Below, piece by piece: positions 37,046-50,909 of a stretch of DNA of 64,000 nt. The notes below the pieces were generated by a model. It worked only from the letters and a program-made list of their open reading frames with translations, had not been told where the DNA came from and made no database searches. The position numbers and the translations under genes are program-made. Numbering within the stretch: position 1 is the stretch's first letter; the number at the start of each line of letters is the position of its first letter. The stretch is from Octopus vulgaris (Eukaryota): positions 82,832,001 through 82,896,000 of the forward strand of contig OX597814.1 of the NCBI GenBank assembly GCA_951406725.2, written 5' to 3'.

Positions 37046-37990
37046 CCATTTTGATACCAGTCTGCCTGAGATCAGTGATACAAACTGTCTGTTTTAAAGT
37101 AATCTAAAATAAACCTTCCATCAAAATTTCATGTTAAATTATGTTCCAAACCCCATCATAATGACAATGCCTATCCATCCATCTTCATCTGCTATTCCTC
37201 AGTGAGTCATATGGGGTAAACCCTTCAGGCACTTCCTTCAAGGGTCCTGTCAGAAGCAACCATCATTAGACTTTCCAGCTGGATTTCCAAGTGTGACCGA
37301 CTAATTCTATGGATATCATCAAACCATCTGAGTCTTGTTCTACCCTTTGGTCTCCTGATGGTTGGTTTGGCTTGAAGAATTCATCTTGTGATTCTTTCCT
37401 GTGATATTCTAATTGCATGTCCATTGCATCAGAGCTGTGATCTAAAATTTCATGTTAAATTGTGTTCCAAACACCATCCATCCATCTTCTCTATCTACTA
37501 TTCCCCAGAAGATCATGGAGGGGAAGGTCTTATCTTAAGCAACCATCATTAGAATTTCTAGTTGGGTTTCCAAGTGTGATCAACTAAGGCTATGGATATC
37601 ATTCAATTATTTCATCCTTGGTCTACCTCTAGGCCACCTGCTGGTTGGCTCAGCTTGAAGAACCCATCTTGCAATTCTTTCTTTGTGTTATTCTAATTGC
37701 ATGTCCATAGCACCAGAGATGTGACTTCTCAATGCAAAGAAACAGCAGCATGACCTGGAAAGACTCCATGATCACTGAGCTATCTACCCTATCAAGTGAC
37801 ATTACTTCCTTTGGATGAACCTTATTTCAGCTCCTTGTATTTGTGATCATACTCTTTCAGTCATTACCTAATATTGATGACCTCTGTTGAGGATAGGCAC
37901 ATAAGCCAAATTGTGAGGATTTTATTTTTGGAAATTCAAAATTAATTGAAAGAAGGGCAGTGTGTTCCAAGAAAATATGTCAAAAGTGTT
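37046..37990. mobile_element. Related piggyBac-type MITE interrupted by two minus-strand RTE 3' fragments (about 37173-37443 and 37474-37905)
   Basis: Starts TTAA|CCATTTTGATACC. Both inserts begin with (ATCC)n tails and encode RTE C-terminal motifs such as ILQAKPTIRRPKGRTRLRW and GRWPRGRPRM. Confidence 0.75.
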
Positions 37991-38009
37991 GTTCTGTTTT
38001 CTCTCATAG

Positions 38010-38361
38010 CAGGGGTTCTCAACCATTTTTTTTTTTATCTACAGACCCTTTTGATTACTATTTTATTCTGATGGACTCCGGTAGCCATCCAATTTTTACA
38101 AACTAGTTTTATAGAAACCTCTTTCAAAATTCTATTTTGTTTTTCACACATTACCTTGTGTAGGTTGACCCATGTGAAATATTAAAGAAAGAAATCTAGC
38201 TGTTTCTTCCAATACATACCAATACATGCATCTAAGCTAAATTTTTTCAGGGGCCCTTAAAATACTATTGTGGATTCCCAATTTACTATTTTGTTGTATG
38301 GACCTCCAAAAATCTTATATGGACACTTAGGGCCCATATGGACCCTGAATGAAAATCACTG
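38010..38361. mobile_element. hAT (Charlie-like) MITE
   Basis: Left end CAGGGGTTCTCAACC, decayed right end GAATGAAAATCACTG, repeated ATGGAC subterminal motifs. The TSD is only partly preserved. Confidence 0.7.
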
Positions 38362-39619
38362 CTCTATTATGTTGTTTTTTTTTCACGTAAGAAACAATTA
38401 CCAGAAAATATGGTTAATCAAACAAATTTTTGAAAGTAAAAATCTTTAAACTTTGTCTTCCATCCTAATATTGTTTATTTTATACATTTTCCTTATAATG
38501 GATTATTAGCTTCTCACTTGTTTAATGAATAGTTATTATATTTCCTTATTAGAATTATGATGTATGGATGTGAGCACTCATAGGCGAGCAAATATGTAGG
38601 TGTTTATTCACCTTCAGTTATAAATTCAATTGTTTACCCACTTGTGAAGTAAATTAAAAGTTTCTATGAATAAATCACAATGGACAGTTTGAGGAAATCT
38701 GGCAGCAGCTGATAAAATGGAAAAAAAAAGTTGATGACACCTGCTGTCACTCACAAAACCGTGGGCAAATTTTGTGTGAAGCAACTTAATTTGCAATGAG
38801 ATCACTGCTGCAAATATTTCCATGCACCAGGTCTCGAATTCTACCTACTCTATTTTTAACACTAAAATGTAAGTTTAATCTTTACTTAGAGCAAGTCATG
38901 GGGTCTAAAGGAAGTTATTTAACCTCAGCTCATGTCTGATTGAGCTAACCAATGGAAAGTCATTCGAGCTGTTGCCACCATAAGTTCTTTTCAGGCATTC
39001 TGTACCCACATCAGCTAGTCTATCCTTTCCTGTGTGGTTTAAATGAGATTTGGCTGCTATTTCTTGTAAGTTGAAGGACACTAATGATCAACAAGACATT
39101 TCTATATTTATTCCAGAAATCAATTTTATCGTTGTAACACACACACACACACACACATACACACACACACACACACTTCTATCTCCTGTGTTCTCACTAT
39201 ATTTCTAATGTATTCCTTGATTCTTTTACTGGCTCCAGTTAGTCATTGAATTTAGGCGATGAAGGCAAACCACCTCTAGGGTTTTGGTTGATTGTATTAA
39301 ACTCATGACCACTGTCTGTGAATAATTGTCATTGACTTTGGAGGAAAATAACTGGATGGAATTTGAACTCCTGGGTGGAATTTGAGAAGGCACAGACACC
39401 TGGATGGAATTTAAACTCAGACCATAAATGTAGAAGATGATGTAGGAAATGCTTCCCATATGTCAAAAGATAGTATTGAAAGGTAGACATGAGAACAAGC
39501 ATCTGTTAAAGAACCACTTCCAACTAGAAATGAAGCATACAACCTGTTGTGGCTGGAACGGGTTATTGCTTAAGCAGACTTAGCAACAACACCCAGTTAT
39601 AGCAATAGTTTTCATCATA

Positions 39620-39975
39620 CCTTTTATCTTTTATATGGACTGTGGCTATGCTGGGGTACTACTTTGAAGGGTTTAGTCGAACAGATTGACCCCAGTATTT
39701 TCTTTTTAAACTCTGATACTTATTCTATCAGTCTCTTTTCCTGAACTGTTATGTTATGGAGACATAAACAAAACAGCACCAGTTGTCGAGCTGTGGTGGG
39801 GGGTCTAACACAAACACAAAAACACACATGTGTGGCTGTGTGGTAAGAAACTGATTCCCAACCACATGGCCCCAGGTTCAGTTCCACTGTGTAGCACCTT
39901 GGCTGACTAAAGCCTTGTGAGTGGATTTGGTAGACAAAAACTGAAAGAAATCTGTTGCATATATATATATATATG
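39620..39975. mobile_element. SINE family A halves in opposite orientation (tail minus 39620-39830, head plus 39831-39975)
   Basis: The minus-strand tail is followed directly by plus-strand GTGGCTGTGTGGTAAGAA. Confidence 0.75.
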
Positions 39976-40184
39976 TAAAATAGTTGTTGTGCAAACACTA
40001 TACGAGAGATTTTTGTGAAATAGTTTAAAAAGTTTTAGCTGTATTTCTAATGAGTTCAGTATCGCAAGTAATTATTTTACTAAGCCCTTTATATAATGTA
40101 ATAATTTGAATTGCTTAAATGGTCCCTTTGCATACTGAATACTTGGTGAAATTGATTAATTAATTAATTTGACCCTCAATTGTT

Positions 40185-40512
40185 AAATATATATATATAT
40201 ATAAATATGTATATATATTATATATATATAAATATGTATATAAATATGTATATATATATACTAGCATATATGCTATATATATAGTATATATATGATAGTT
40301 AAAGGTATACATGATTCTATGTATATATCAGAACTGGGGAATATTTCGCTGCGTTAGTTTTATATATATGTCAAGATATATCAGGGTGAGGTACAAACAG
40401 ACACACAGAAATATATATATATGTATATACATATATGTATATATATGTGTATATATATATATGTATGTATATATATGTAGGTATATATATATGTATATAT
40501 ATATGTATGTAC

Positions 40513-40589
<77 letters not shown>

Positions 40590-40613
40590 TATGTATGTGT
40601 GTGTGTGTGTATT

Positions 40614-40666
<53 letters not shown>

Positions 40667-40730
40667 TATATATACACACACACACATATATATATATACA
40701 TGTATGTATGTATTTATGTGTGTGTCTTTG
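40185..40730. repeat. Long (TA)n/(TATG)n compound microsatellite, followed by a plus-strand SINE A tail to about 40925
   Basis: Directly visible. Confidence 0.93.
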
Positions 40731-41521
40731 TGTCTATGTTTGTCCCCAATTACTGCTTGACAACTAGTGTTGGTGTGCTTGTATTCCCATAACATAGTGG
40801 TTCAGCAAAACACACTGATAGAATAAGTACCAGGCTTTAAAACAATTCATTCGACTAAAAATTCAAGGCAGTGCCCCAGTATGGCCATAGTTTAATAACT
40901 GAAACAAGTAAGAGATAAAAGATACATAGATATATACATACATATATATATATGTATATATAATCATCATGATCCTTTAGTGTCCATGTTCCATGTAGGC
41001 ATTGGATAGATGGGTTGACAAGGATCTGATGAGTTGAAGGACTTCATCATGCTCCAGTATCTGCTTTGGTATGGTTTCTACAGCTTGATGCCCTTCCTAA
41101 TGCCAGCCACTTTACAGTTTGTACTGGGTGCCTTTTTTCATGCTACAAGCATGACTGAAGTCACCATATAGCTCATAAGTCAACAAGCCTTGAGAAGGAG
41201 GCTGCTGCATCCATACATTAGACGTGGCTTTAGGTATGAAGGAAGAAGTTAGGGTAGAGCAGATTCTTGTGGAAGTGCTACATAGCTTCTCACATTTAGG
41301 AGAGAGAGAGAGAAAGAGAGAGACAGACAGACAGAGAGTGAGAATGAATTAGAGTTATCTCTAAGAAGATAGACATTGGTGATAAGGCGTCCAGGTAACA
41401 TCTCAGGTAGCAGGATCAGTAGTAGGGTGCGGTGGGGGAGTGGGTATTTTCAAGGGTGAATGAGGAGAAAAGATAGGGAAAGTTGAAGAGGGAAATAGGC
41501 AATATATATATATATACATAC

Positions 41522-41568
<47 letters not shown>

Positions 41569-41569
41569 T

Positions 41570-41993
41570 GCAGGCTTCCCAACCATATGGTTCTTGGTTC
41601 AGTTCTACTGTGTAGCACCTTGGGTAAGTATCTTCTATTATATCCTCAGGTCAACCAGAGCCTTGTGAGTGGATTTGGCTGGCAGAACTGAAAGAAGCCT
41701 ATCCTATATAGGTATACATTTATATGTGTGTGCGAGTGTGTGCATGTGTGTGTGTGTGTCTCCCTCTTGTCTTGATGTCACATTATAGTTGTAAATGATT
41801 GTCACTGTCATACACGCAGTGTCATTCATTTGCAATATTCTGCGAGAATGTCTGGCTGTGGGGAAATATCACCTTACATGGAAACAGGTGAGGGTTGGTG
41901 ACAGGAAGGGCATCTGGCCACAGTAAATTGGCTTCAATAAACTCCGTCCATCCCACGAAAGTATGGAAAAGTGGACACTGAATTGATGATGAT
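41570..41993 (+). mobile_element. SINE family B
   Basis: Head plus B tail (GGAAACAGGTGAGGGTTGGTGACAGGAAGGGCATCTGGCC...GATGATGATG). Confidence 0.85.
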
Positions 41994-42957
41994 GGGCTCC
42001 TTTCACTATCTATTAAATCCACTCATATGGCTTCTGCAAGCCCAGGGCTATATTAGAAGACAGTTATTCATGATGTCATGCATTGGGATTGAACCCAAGA
42101 TCACACAGTTGGGAAACAAGCTTCTCAACCATACATCCATGTATGCATCATATTTAGTCAACAACTGATCAATCAACTAACATAGAGTTAGTTAATCATT
42201 CATCTTGCTTGGAATAGTAGCAGAATTTTTCATTAATCATATCCCTGCTGTCTTAAAAAACAAACACAAAAGCAAAAAATACAGAGACACTGCGGAGAAT
42301 GTAGTCCTAGATACACAAAAGCAGGATGGGCATAACTGTAATGGCTTTGATGGTAGTTCTGGAACTAAAAGCAATACCAGTAACAGAACAACAACTGCAG
42401 CAGCAGCAGCAGCCACCATTGCTATCACCACCACCACCACTGCCGCCACCGCTGCCCCCGCCGCCGCCACCACCACCACCACCACCACCACCACCACCAA
42501 AACCACCACCACCACCACCACTATTGATCAATATCGCTGCAAAAGCCATGTAAAAGAATTCTGTACTTGAACAGTAACTCAAGGGAAACTAAGATAGACA
42601 TAGCGGGAAGCTTTAACATTGGCTGATTGAATAAGTTCTACTATATCAATTGAACACTATTTCCTTATACATATTCAAACATATATGTAGTGGGGGGGAG
42701 AGAGAAGGAGAGATAGAGAGGGTGAGAGTGATATTAGTAGACATTGAAATATCGTGTCACCTTGTGCTTTCTCTTACAAGTATGGCTTCTACTCTTCTAG
42801 TTATTTCTTTTATGTTCAAACTGGCCAGATCTAACCTCTCACACTTACCCTATAATGTCATTCTAAAAATATACAATTACATCATTGAAATCTAAAAACC
42901 TATCAAAATAATGCATGATTAGTTGAAAACAATGTGAATAAACAAAACATTACAAAG

Positions 42958-43780
42958 CTGGTGTCACGTAATTGGAACCCATGCCAATGGCACATAAAAG
43001 GCACCATTTGAGTATTGGGTCTCATGGAGGTAATGTGGCTGATCCCAGTGTCATGTAACTGGCACCCATGCCAATGGCACATAAAAGACACCATTTGAGC
43101 ACTGGGCCTCATAGAGGCAATGTGGCTGATGCCAGTGTCACATAACTGGCACCTGTGCCAGTGACATGTAAAAGCACCCATTACAATCTGAGAGTGGTTG
43201 GCATTAGGAAGAGCATCCAGTAAAAATTTACAATAGTTTAACAAATATGTTTATGCTGAATATTGCAAATGAATGGCATAGCACTCATTTAAAACTATCA
43301 CATGATGTCACAAGAAGTCACAAACATATTTCCACATGCACACACATACACACACACGCACACACGTGCACACACACACACACACATACACACACGTGCA
43401 CACACACATACACACACACAAACCTGCACACAAATATATGTGTATGTATACAGTAGATTTCTTTCAGTTTCTCTCCACTGAATCCACTCATAAGGCTTTG
43501 GTTAGCTCAGCTCTATAGTAGAAGACACTTGCCCAAAATGCCACCCAGTAGAACTATAGCCAAGACCATGTGGTTGGGAAACAAACTATTTAACCACACA
43601 GCTGTACGTCCACATACAAACACACAAGAGTGAAGTGGCAGAACTGTGTGAGTGTTGAAATAGAAACCATACCAAATCAGATTGGAGTCTGGTGCAGCCC
43701 CTCAGCCTGCCAGGCCTGGTCAAACTGTCCAACCCATGCCAGCATGGACAATGGACGTCAAATGATGATGATGATGATAT
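42958..43780 (+). mobile_element. Family C retroposon 3' region with an 87-bp tandem unit (about 2.5 copies from 42961), interrupted at 43219-43665
   Basis: GTGTCA unit starts at 42961, 43048 and 43135. The sequence resumes after the insert at ACCATACCAAATCAG and ends in (GAT)n. Confidence 0.8.
43219..43665 (+). repeat. Near-identical direct duplicate of 47446-47915
   Basis: Shares unique flanking sequence (AGTAAAAATTTAC...GCTGAATATTGCAAATGAATGGCATAGCACT) and private SINE mutations through to GTGTTGAAATAGAA. Confidence 0.93.
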
Positions 43781-43805
43781 ATAAATTACTAAATAATTAC
43801 TTGTT

Positions 43806-44155
43806 GTCCCACTGCGTGGCATCTTGGGCAAGTGTCTTCTGCTATAGCCCCGGGCCGACCAATGACTTGTGAGTGGATTTGGTAGACAGAAACTGAAAGA
43901 AGCCTGTCGTATATATGTATATATATATGTGTGTATGTGTGTGTTTGTGTGTCTGTGTTTGTCCCTCAAACATCACTTGACAACCGATGCTGGTGTGTTT
44001 ACGTCCCCGTCACTTAGCGGTTCGGCAAAAGAGACCGATAGAATAAGTACTGGGCTTACAAAGAATAAGTCCCGGGGTCGATTTGCTCGACTAAAGGCGG
44101 TGCTCCAGCATGGCTGCAGTCAAATGACTGAAACAAGTAAAAGAGTAAAAGAGTA
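43806..44155 (+). mobile_element. Young, CpG-rich, 5'-truncated SINE family A copy
   Basis: CCCCGGGCCGACC, CTTAGCGGTTCGGCAAAAGAGACCGATAG and GGGGTCGATTTGCTCGAC are intact. Confidence 0.92.
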
Positions 44156-44399
44156 TATGATGGGTATTTTGGAAGTATACCTTTGCTACCTTGGATAGTG
44201 TCAGGATATAGGCATACATACAATCAATATAATTTGATTTTGATCAAATATTTGGTGCTTATACAGAATGATGAAATGAATACTAATTTTCAAAAGAAAA
44301 ATATTTATTTCCTTGAAATTAAATTAAATGATACTGAAAAAGTAAAAAAAAAAAAAAATGAAAAGCAAAATTAATCTCCGTGTTTGTTTAATATTATGG

Positions 44400-44613
44400 A
44401 AATTCACACACTCACACTCTCTATCACCCTCTCTCTGTCTGATTGTCTGCCTGTCTGTCAGTCTGTCTGCCTGCCTGTCTATCTCTTTCTTTCTCTCTCT
44501 CTCCCTCTCTCTCTCTCTATATATATATAGACATATATACATACATATCCATAAATATATATACATATACACACATATATACATATGTATATATTTATGT
44601 ATATATATGTATA

Positions 44614-44656
<43 letters not shown>

Positions 44657-45235
44657 ACATACGTGCTTATATATATGCAGATACACATGTACATACACAC
44701 TTCCTCATCCTTCTCTTCCTCTATGATTCTTTCTTTGCACTCATCCTGCACCACTTATATGTTAACTCTCTCTCCAAATCTCTCTCTCTCTCTCTCTTAT
44801 GATGTAAAGCATAACAAGAGGAACCAACCAACCAAGCAACATTTATATTGGCTATACATACATACACACACGCATATATACAGACTTACAATACATACAT
44901 ATATATGTACATACATTTACACATACATACATGCAGACATACATACACACATACAATACATACATATATATGTACATACATACATACATACAAATATACA
45001 TACCCTATTGTTGATGTTGAAATTCCACTGAAGGAGCCTTGGATCTAGGTTAGAAACTGGCTCTTTCTTTATTGACAAGAAATCTTGAAATAAAACCGAA
45101 CAATGACACATGCATGCATACATACATACACACACACATACATACACATACATGCATACATACATACACACACACATACATACATACATACATACATACA
45201 TACATACATACATACATACATACATACATACGTAC

Positions 45236-45266
<31 letters not shown>

Positions 45267-45270
45267 CATG
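44400..45270. repeat. Microsatellite field ((CT)n, (TA)n, (TACA)n) with a ~105-bp non-simple insert at 45003-45107
   Basis: Directly visible. Confidence 0.9.
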
Positions 45271-45515
45271 ACCATTGCTGACAGGAGTGTCAGTAATACT
45301 CGTGCAAGTGTTTAAGAGGGTTTTATGTTCAAACTGGCCAGATGTGACCTCTCACTCCTACCTTACAATGTCATTTTAAAAATATACAATCACATCATTG
45401 AAATCTGAAAGCAATGAGATGATGCACGATCAGTTAAAAACAATGTAAATAAATAAAGCATTACATTTGACAGAGTAATCTAAATGCTAAAAGGTTATTC
45501 ATGAGAGATACTTGT

Positions 45516-45552
<37 letters not shown>

Positions 45553-45745
45553 ACAGTGTTCTTTCAGTCTCCAGCTACTAAATTCACTCACAGGCCTTTG
45601 GTCAGCCTGAGGCTATAGTGGAAGACACTTGCCCAAAGTGCCACGTAGTGGGACTGAACCTGGAACCATGTGGTTGGGAAGCAAACTTCTTACCACTATA
45701 TACTTTTACCTCTACAGGTAATATCAGGTAATGTTAATTACAGTC

Positions 45746-45803
<58 letters not shown>

Positions 45804-46041
45804 GTTGTATTATTTTCGAATTTCATGGTACACACACAAAACATTGAAATAAATACTAATTTTCAAGATAACAATATTTATTGCATTATAATAAAATTAA
45901 ATAAAACTCATTTGTATATTTGCAATAGATGTATGTGATCAAAAGCAAAAATACTGTTAAACTATCAGTTAATTATAGATGTACATATTGATTAATTCCA
46001 TGACATTTTTAGTGTAACCAATATATGCATATACCATTTTC

Positions 46042-46093
<52 letters not shown>

Positions 46094-46539
46094 CCACTGC
46101 TTCAGTGTTATCTTCCTTATGCTTGTATGGGTAGGCAGGATTTGTTGAAGCAGATTTCCTAGTCAAATGCCTTTCCTGTTATCAACTCTCATCTATTTTT
46201 AAGCAAGGTAATATTTCTCAATGGCCAGAAATGTTTCCACAGGAGATTGGAAATGAGGGACTCCACTTGTACAGTGGTGATGTATATTCATAACTATCCT
46301 GTGATGTCAAAACAAAGAGACGCAAATGTGCACATGCACACAATCATCATTATGACCACCACCACCACCACCACCACCACCACCACCACCACCACCCACC
46401 ACCACCACCATCACCATCATCATCATCATCATCACCATCATTTTAACGTCCACTTTTTCATGCTTGCTTGTGTCAGATAGCGTTTATTAAGACAGGCTTT
46501 CTATGACTGGATGCCTTTCTTGTCATCGACCCTCACATA

Positions 46540-47312
46540 CAGTACCACGCAAAAGTCTTCAGCCATTTTAAACTATTGTAAATTTTCTACTAATTGCTAA
46601 CTTATAAGTGAATGTTTTGCATTGCGTTTTTTATAGATGAAACATTGCCCCTGTTGGTGTTTCCTAGAGACCTTCTTGCAAATTCTCACTTATTAGAAAG
46701 CCAAATAATCCATGTTACAAGATGATAACAGTGAAGTTTTGGTGGGGGTGTAAGAGTCTGATGCTTTGGGGATACATAAAAAGTGATAGTTCAAGAAAGT
46801 TGGTTAAAATTGAGTAATGCCAAATACATCCAGCTGCTGAAGGACAATTTGATACCAGACTTGAATCAAGGTGAGATTTTTCAGCATGGTAGATCTCCAT
46901 GCCACAAATTGCATGCATCACAACAGAGTCTGGCTGATGAAGGTGTTACCGTATTGAAAGATTGGTCAGCTCAGAGCCCTGACTTAAATATCATCAAGCA
47001 AATGTTGTCAGAACTAAAGAGATGAGTTTGTCAGAAGAATCCATACAATCTTGAAGAGTTATAGAAGCTCAGCCACAGAGAATAACATCTCATACCTGTG
47101 AAGATGGTAAAGGATTTGTACACATCTCTTCCCAGGCACATTGAAGCAATTATTCAAGCTAAGAGAAGCTACATGAAATATTAACCAATATACAGTAACT
47201 TCTTGAAACGAATGTTATGTAATAAATTTTCATTATAGACATTTTTCTGTTTTAAAATACCGAATCTTGATCACTTTGTGTGAAGTGGCCCAAAACTTTT
47301 TTTTTTTGTGGT
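46540..47312 (+). mobile_element. Internally deleted Tc1-like element with C-terminal transposase remnant (about 46700-47184)
   Basis: Left end TA|CAGTACCACGCAAAAGTC. Peptides SLMLWGYI, IFQHGRSPCH, DWSAQSPDLNIIKQM and SLPRHIEAIIQAKRSYMKY*. The right TIR is decayed. Confidence 0.88.
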
Positions 47313-47445
47313 TATCTTGCATCTTCCTCTCTCATTCAGAATCCCTACTACAAAATATAAAGATTAGGTATGGAAATGACTCCAACATAGCCAACGTTTC
47401 ATCTGTAAAAATGCATTGCAAAGCATCCATTATAAGTTGGCAATT

Positions 47446-47915
<470 letters not shown>

Positions 47916-48341
47916 TCCTTTGCAGTATTTATTTTCACACTCTATTTATTTTCGCCAAGATCATGATTATAGGTGCATGTGTGACTGTGTGGTAAGAAGC
48001 TTGCTTACCAACCCAGCCACATGGTTCTGAGTTTTGCCTCACTGTGTGGAACCTTGATCAAGTGTCTTCTACTATAACCTTGGACCTACCAAAGCCTTGT
48101 GAGTAGATTTAGTAGAGGGGAAACTGTAAGAATCCCGTTATATATATATATATATATAATTATATATATATCTGCCTGTATTTGTCCTCCCCCTGCCATT
48201 TTTCCATCGAGGGCTTATATGCCCCATTATTAGACTATTTTCTTTAATAATTGCATGGTGATCACTTATAAACTTTAATCTTATAAGATACTATTATTAG
48301 TATTTACAGAATTGAAAAAAATCAATGCTTATCAAAACTAT

Positions 48342-48388
<47 letters not shown>

Positions 48389-48480
48389 TCCTGTTTGTTG
48401 TGCTATCGTGCTTTTCCTGCTTGTTATGTTTTGACAATTTCCATTTGATGCGTTTTTTAACTTTGATATATATATATATA

Positions 48481-48645
48481 GATGTGGCTGTGTGGTAAGA
48501 AGTTTACTTCCCAACCACATCGTTCTGGGTTCAGTTCCACAACATGGCACCAGGGGCAAGTGCCTCCTACAATAGCCTCAGGCTGACCAAAGCCTTGTGA
48601 GTGCATTTGGTAGAGAGAAACTAAAAGAAGCCTGTTGCATATATG

Positions 48646-48711
<66 letters not shown>

Positions 48712-49260
48712 GTTGAACAGAAAGAACACAACAAAGAGAAAACAAGAGAAAAAAAAAAGAGAAAAATTAGACAGAAGGCGAGCAAACAGAAAACTGAACA
48801 AAAGTGTGGACTGAAAATTAGACAAAAACATGATAGACAGAGCATTCACAGCTGATTTCCTTGTCAGTCAATGACTCAAGATTTCATAGTGGTTTTGTGC
48901 TTTAACATTGAGACCACTCAATCTTGGCAGCACCTGAGCATTAAGCTTCTAGGAGAAAGCTAGCGAATGTATACAAGGACAAAAACAAACAAGACATGCT
49001 AAAATAATGATATGTATACACCAAAAAAGTAATAATACAAATGCAACAGAAAAAGAATTATGTGAGTGTGTGTTTGTGTTTGTGGTCACCCACCACTGGT
49101 TGACAACTGGTGTTGGTGTGTTTACAACCTCCATAACTCAGCAGTTTGGCAACAGAACTGATAGAATAAGTACCAGGCTTAAAGGAAAGAAAATAAGTAC
49201 TGGAGTTGATTCATTCAACTAAAAATCCTTCATGGCAGTGCTCCAGCATGGCCGGAGTCA
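48481..49260 (+). mobile_element. SINE family A split by (TA)n and an unidentified ~350-bp insert
   Basis: Head at 48481-48650, tail at 49060-49260. Confidence 0.75.
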
Positions 49261-49835
49261 GGCTAGCATGGAAAATGGACATTAACTGGTGATGATCACA
49301 CACACACACACACACACAAACAAAACTGCCATTTATGTTGAACATAAATCCATAACATGCACATCTGACAAATAAGAATAAACAGCTTTATTTGAAACTT
49401 GGAGTCAGGAGTATCATTAGTATTATCATCATTAAATTATATTATATATGCTTTTCATGTATGCATTTGTGTGTGTTAGTGATTATGAAGATGGGCATGA
49501 ATGCTAATATTTCACTTGTCACTGTTTGAGCAAAAACGGTACTGATGTTTACATTACTGACATTATGACCGGTTGCTCTGTCTTTGCAAAGAAGACGTGG
49601 AATAAAAATAAAACCCCTTACTTGAAAAAAAAGGTAAGGATTGGCAACAACAAGAACATCTGGCTATAAAAATCTTGAGTAAAATTCATTCCCATTTAAG
49701 CCAAATTAGTATGGGAAAAATGAATATTAAATGAATAAATAATATATTCATTGCAACATCTGATCACTTAAACATTTTCTTTCCTGCTTATGAACCTAAG
49801 AAACTAATGATCATATGACTCATTAACAACCTAAT

Positions 49836-49881
<46 letters not shown>

Positions 49882-50416
49882 CATTTGTATATGGAGAAAG
49901 AATGATATTGATGTCCAAATATGTTAATGCGTGTCTGTTTTAATGAATCATTCACTAATTTTATTGAGTTGCTTCAAAAGAATGTCTATCTTAAAAAAAA
50001 TGTTTTGTCTGTTCAGAACTACATCAGTTATGTATATTTTTGTTGCATTTCTGATAACTATATGACATTATATTATAATCTCAACCAAACATTTAATGAA
50101 AAGGGACAATTTTCTAATATTTTGAGTCAATATTTGCCAGCCATTTGCTATTGTAGAGTTATCAATCAATTTTTTTTTATCTATGACTATTCTGTTTTCA
50201 TAGTTGGTGTTGTCCTATGATGTAGCTAAAAAAAAATAAAACAAACAAACAATAACAAACAATTGGAATATGGAAGATATTATCTAATGTAATCAGAAAA
50301 GATAGCTACAGTGGCATTGACATATAATACAATGTGATCACAAATGAATAGAGAGAAAAAAATAACAAACAAGAAATCAACAAACATTGGTCACAGAAAA
50401 GTATCTGTGTTTACAC

Positions 50417-50560
50417 TCTGAGATCAAATTCTGCCACGGTCGACTTTGCCTTTCATCCTTTCGGGGTTGATAAATTAAGTACCAGTTGCGTACTGGGGTT
50501 GATCTAATCAACTGCCCCCTCCCCCAAAATTTCGGGCTTTGTGCCTAGAGTAAAAAAGAA
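50417..50560 (+). mobile_element. Young 5'-truncated SINE family 2
   Basis: GGTCGACTTTGCCTTTCATCCTTTCGGGGTTGATAAATTAAGTACCAG. Confidence 0.85.
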
Positions 50561-50909
50561 AAGTGTCTGTGTATTTTGTGTGTTAGGAGAGAATCAACCT
50601 GTATAAAGTATGGCATAGTGAACTGAGGGCTTTCCACCTTCAAAATGTTTTTTGCATGGTCTGTTATAAATCCGAAAATAAAATTTATTTACAAGAAGAC
50701 TAACTGAAAATTAGTTACACTGTCAATGTATACTCTTTTATTCCTATAGCTTCTTTCCTCAAACTGCTGTCCTTTGAACTCACTACCATCATCTTGTTAA
50801 CCTCTGGTCTAAGATATTCAATCCTTTAAGCTTTCTGTCAGTTGATTTCTTTTGAATTTGCAGGCCCCTTCTTTTCATTCTTTGTGGCTCCTTACAACAG
50901 CAGCCTTAA

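Noticed and set aside
42205-42582. PolyQ/polyP (formin-like) and polyT/polyA ORFs
   Set aside because: Trinucleotide repeat only; the flanks show no domain similarity.
42961-43200. 87-bp repeats (and the 17-bp repeats at 23551) as a possible CRISPR-like array
   Set aside because: Head-to-tail tandem units with no unique spacers, in a eukaryotic retroposon context, with no cas genes.
40311-45315. Many overlapping ORFs rich in YI/HT/CV/MY, also at 33100-33916, 47267-47741, 57337-59726 and 62323-63550
   Set aside because: They are translations of di- and tetranucleotide microsatellites, open in several frames on both strands.
46934-46960. CTGATGA followed later by GAAA, a possible hammerhead
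   Set aside because: Lies in Tc1 transposase coding sequence (LADEGV), with no stem II closing onto GAAA and no stem I.
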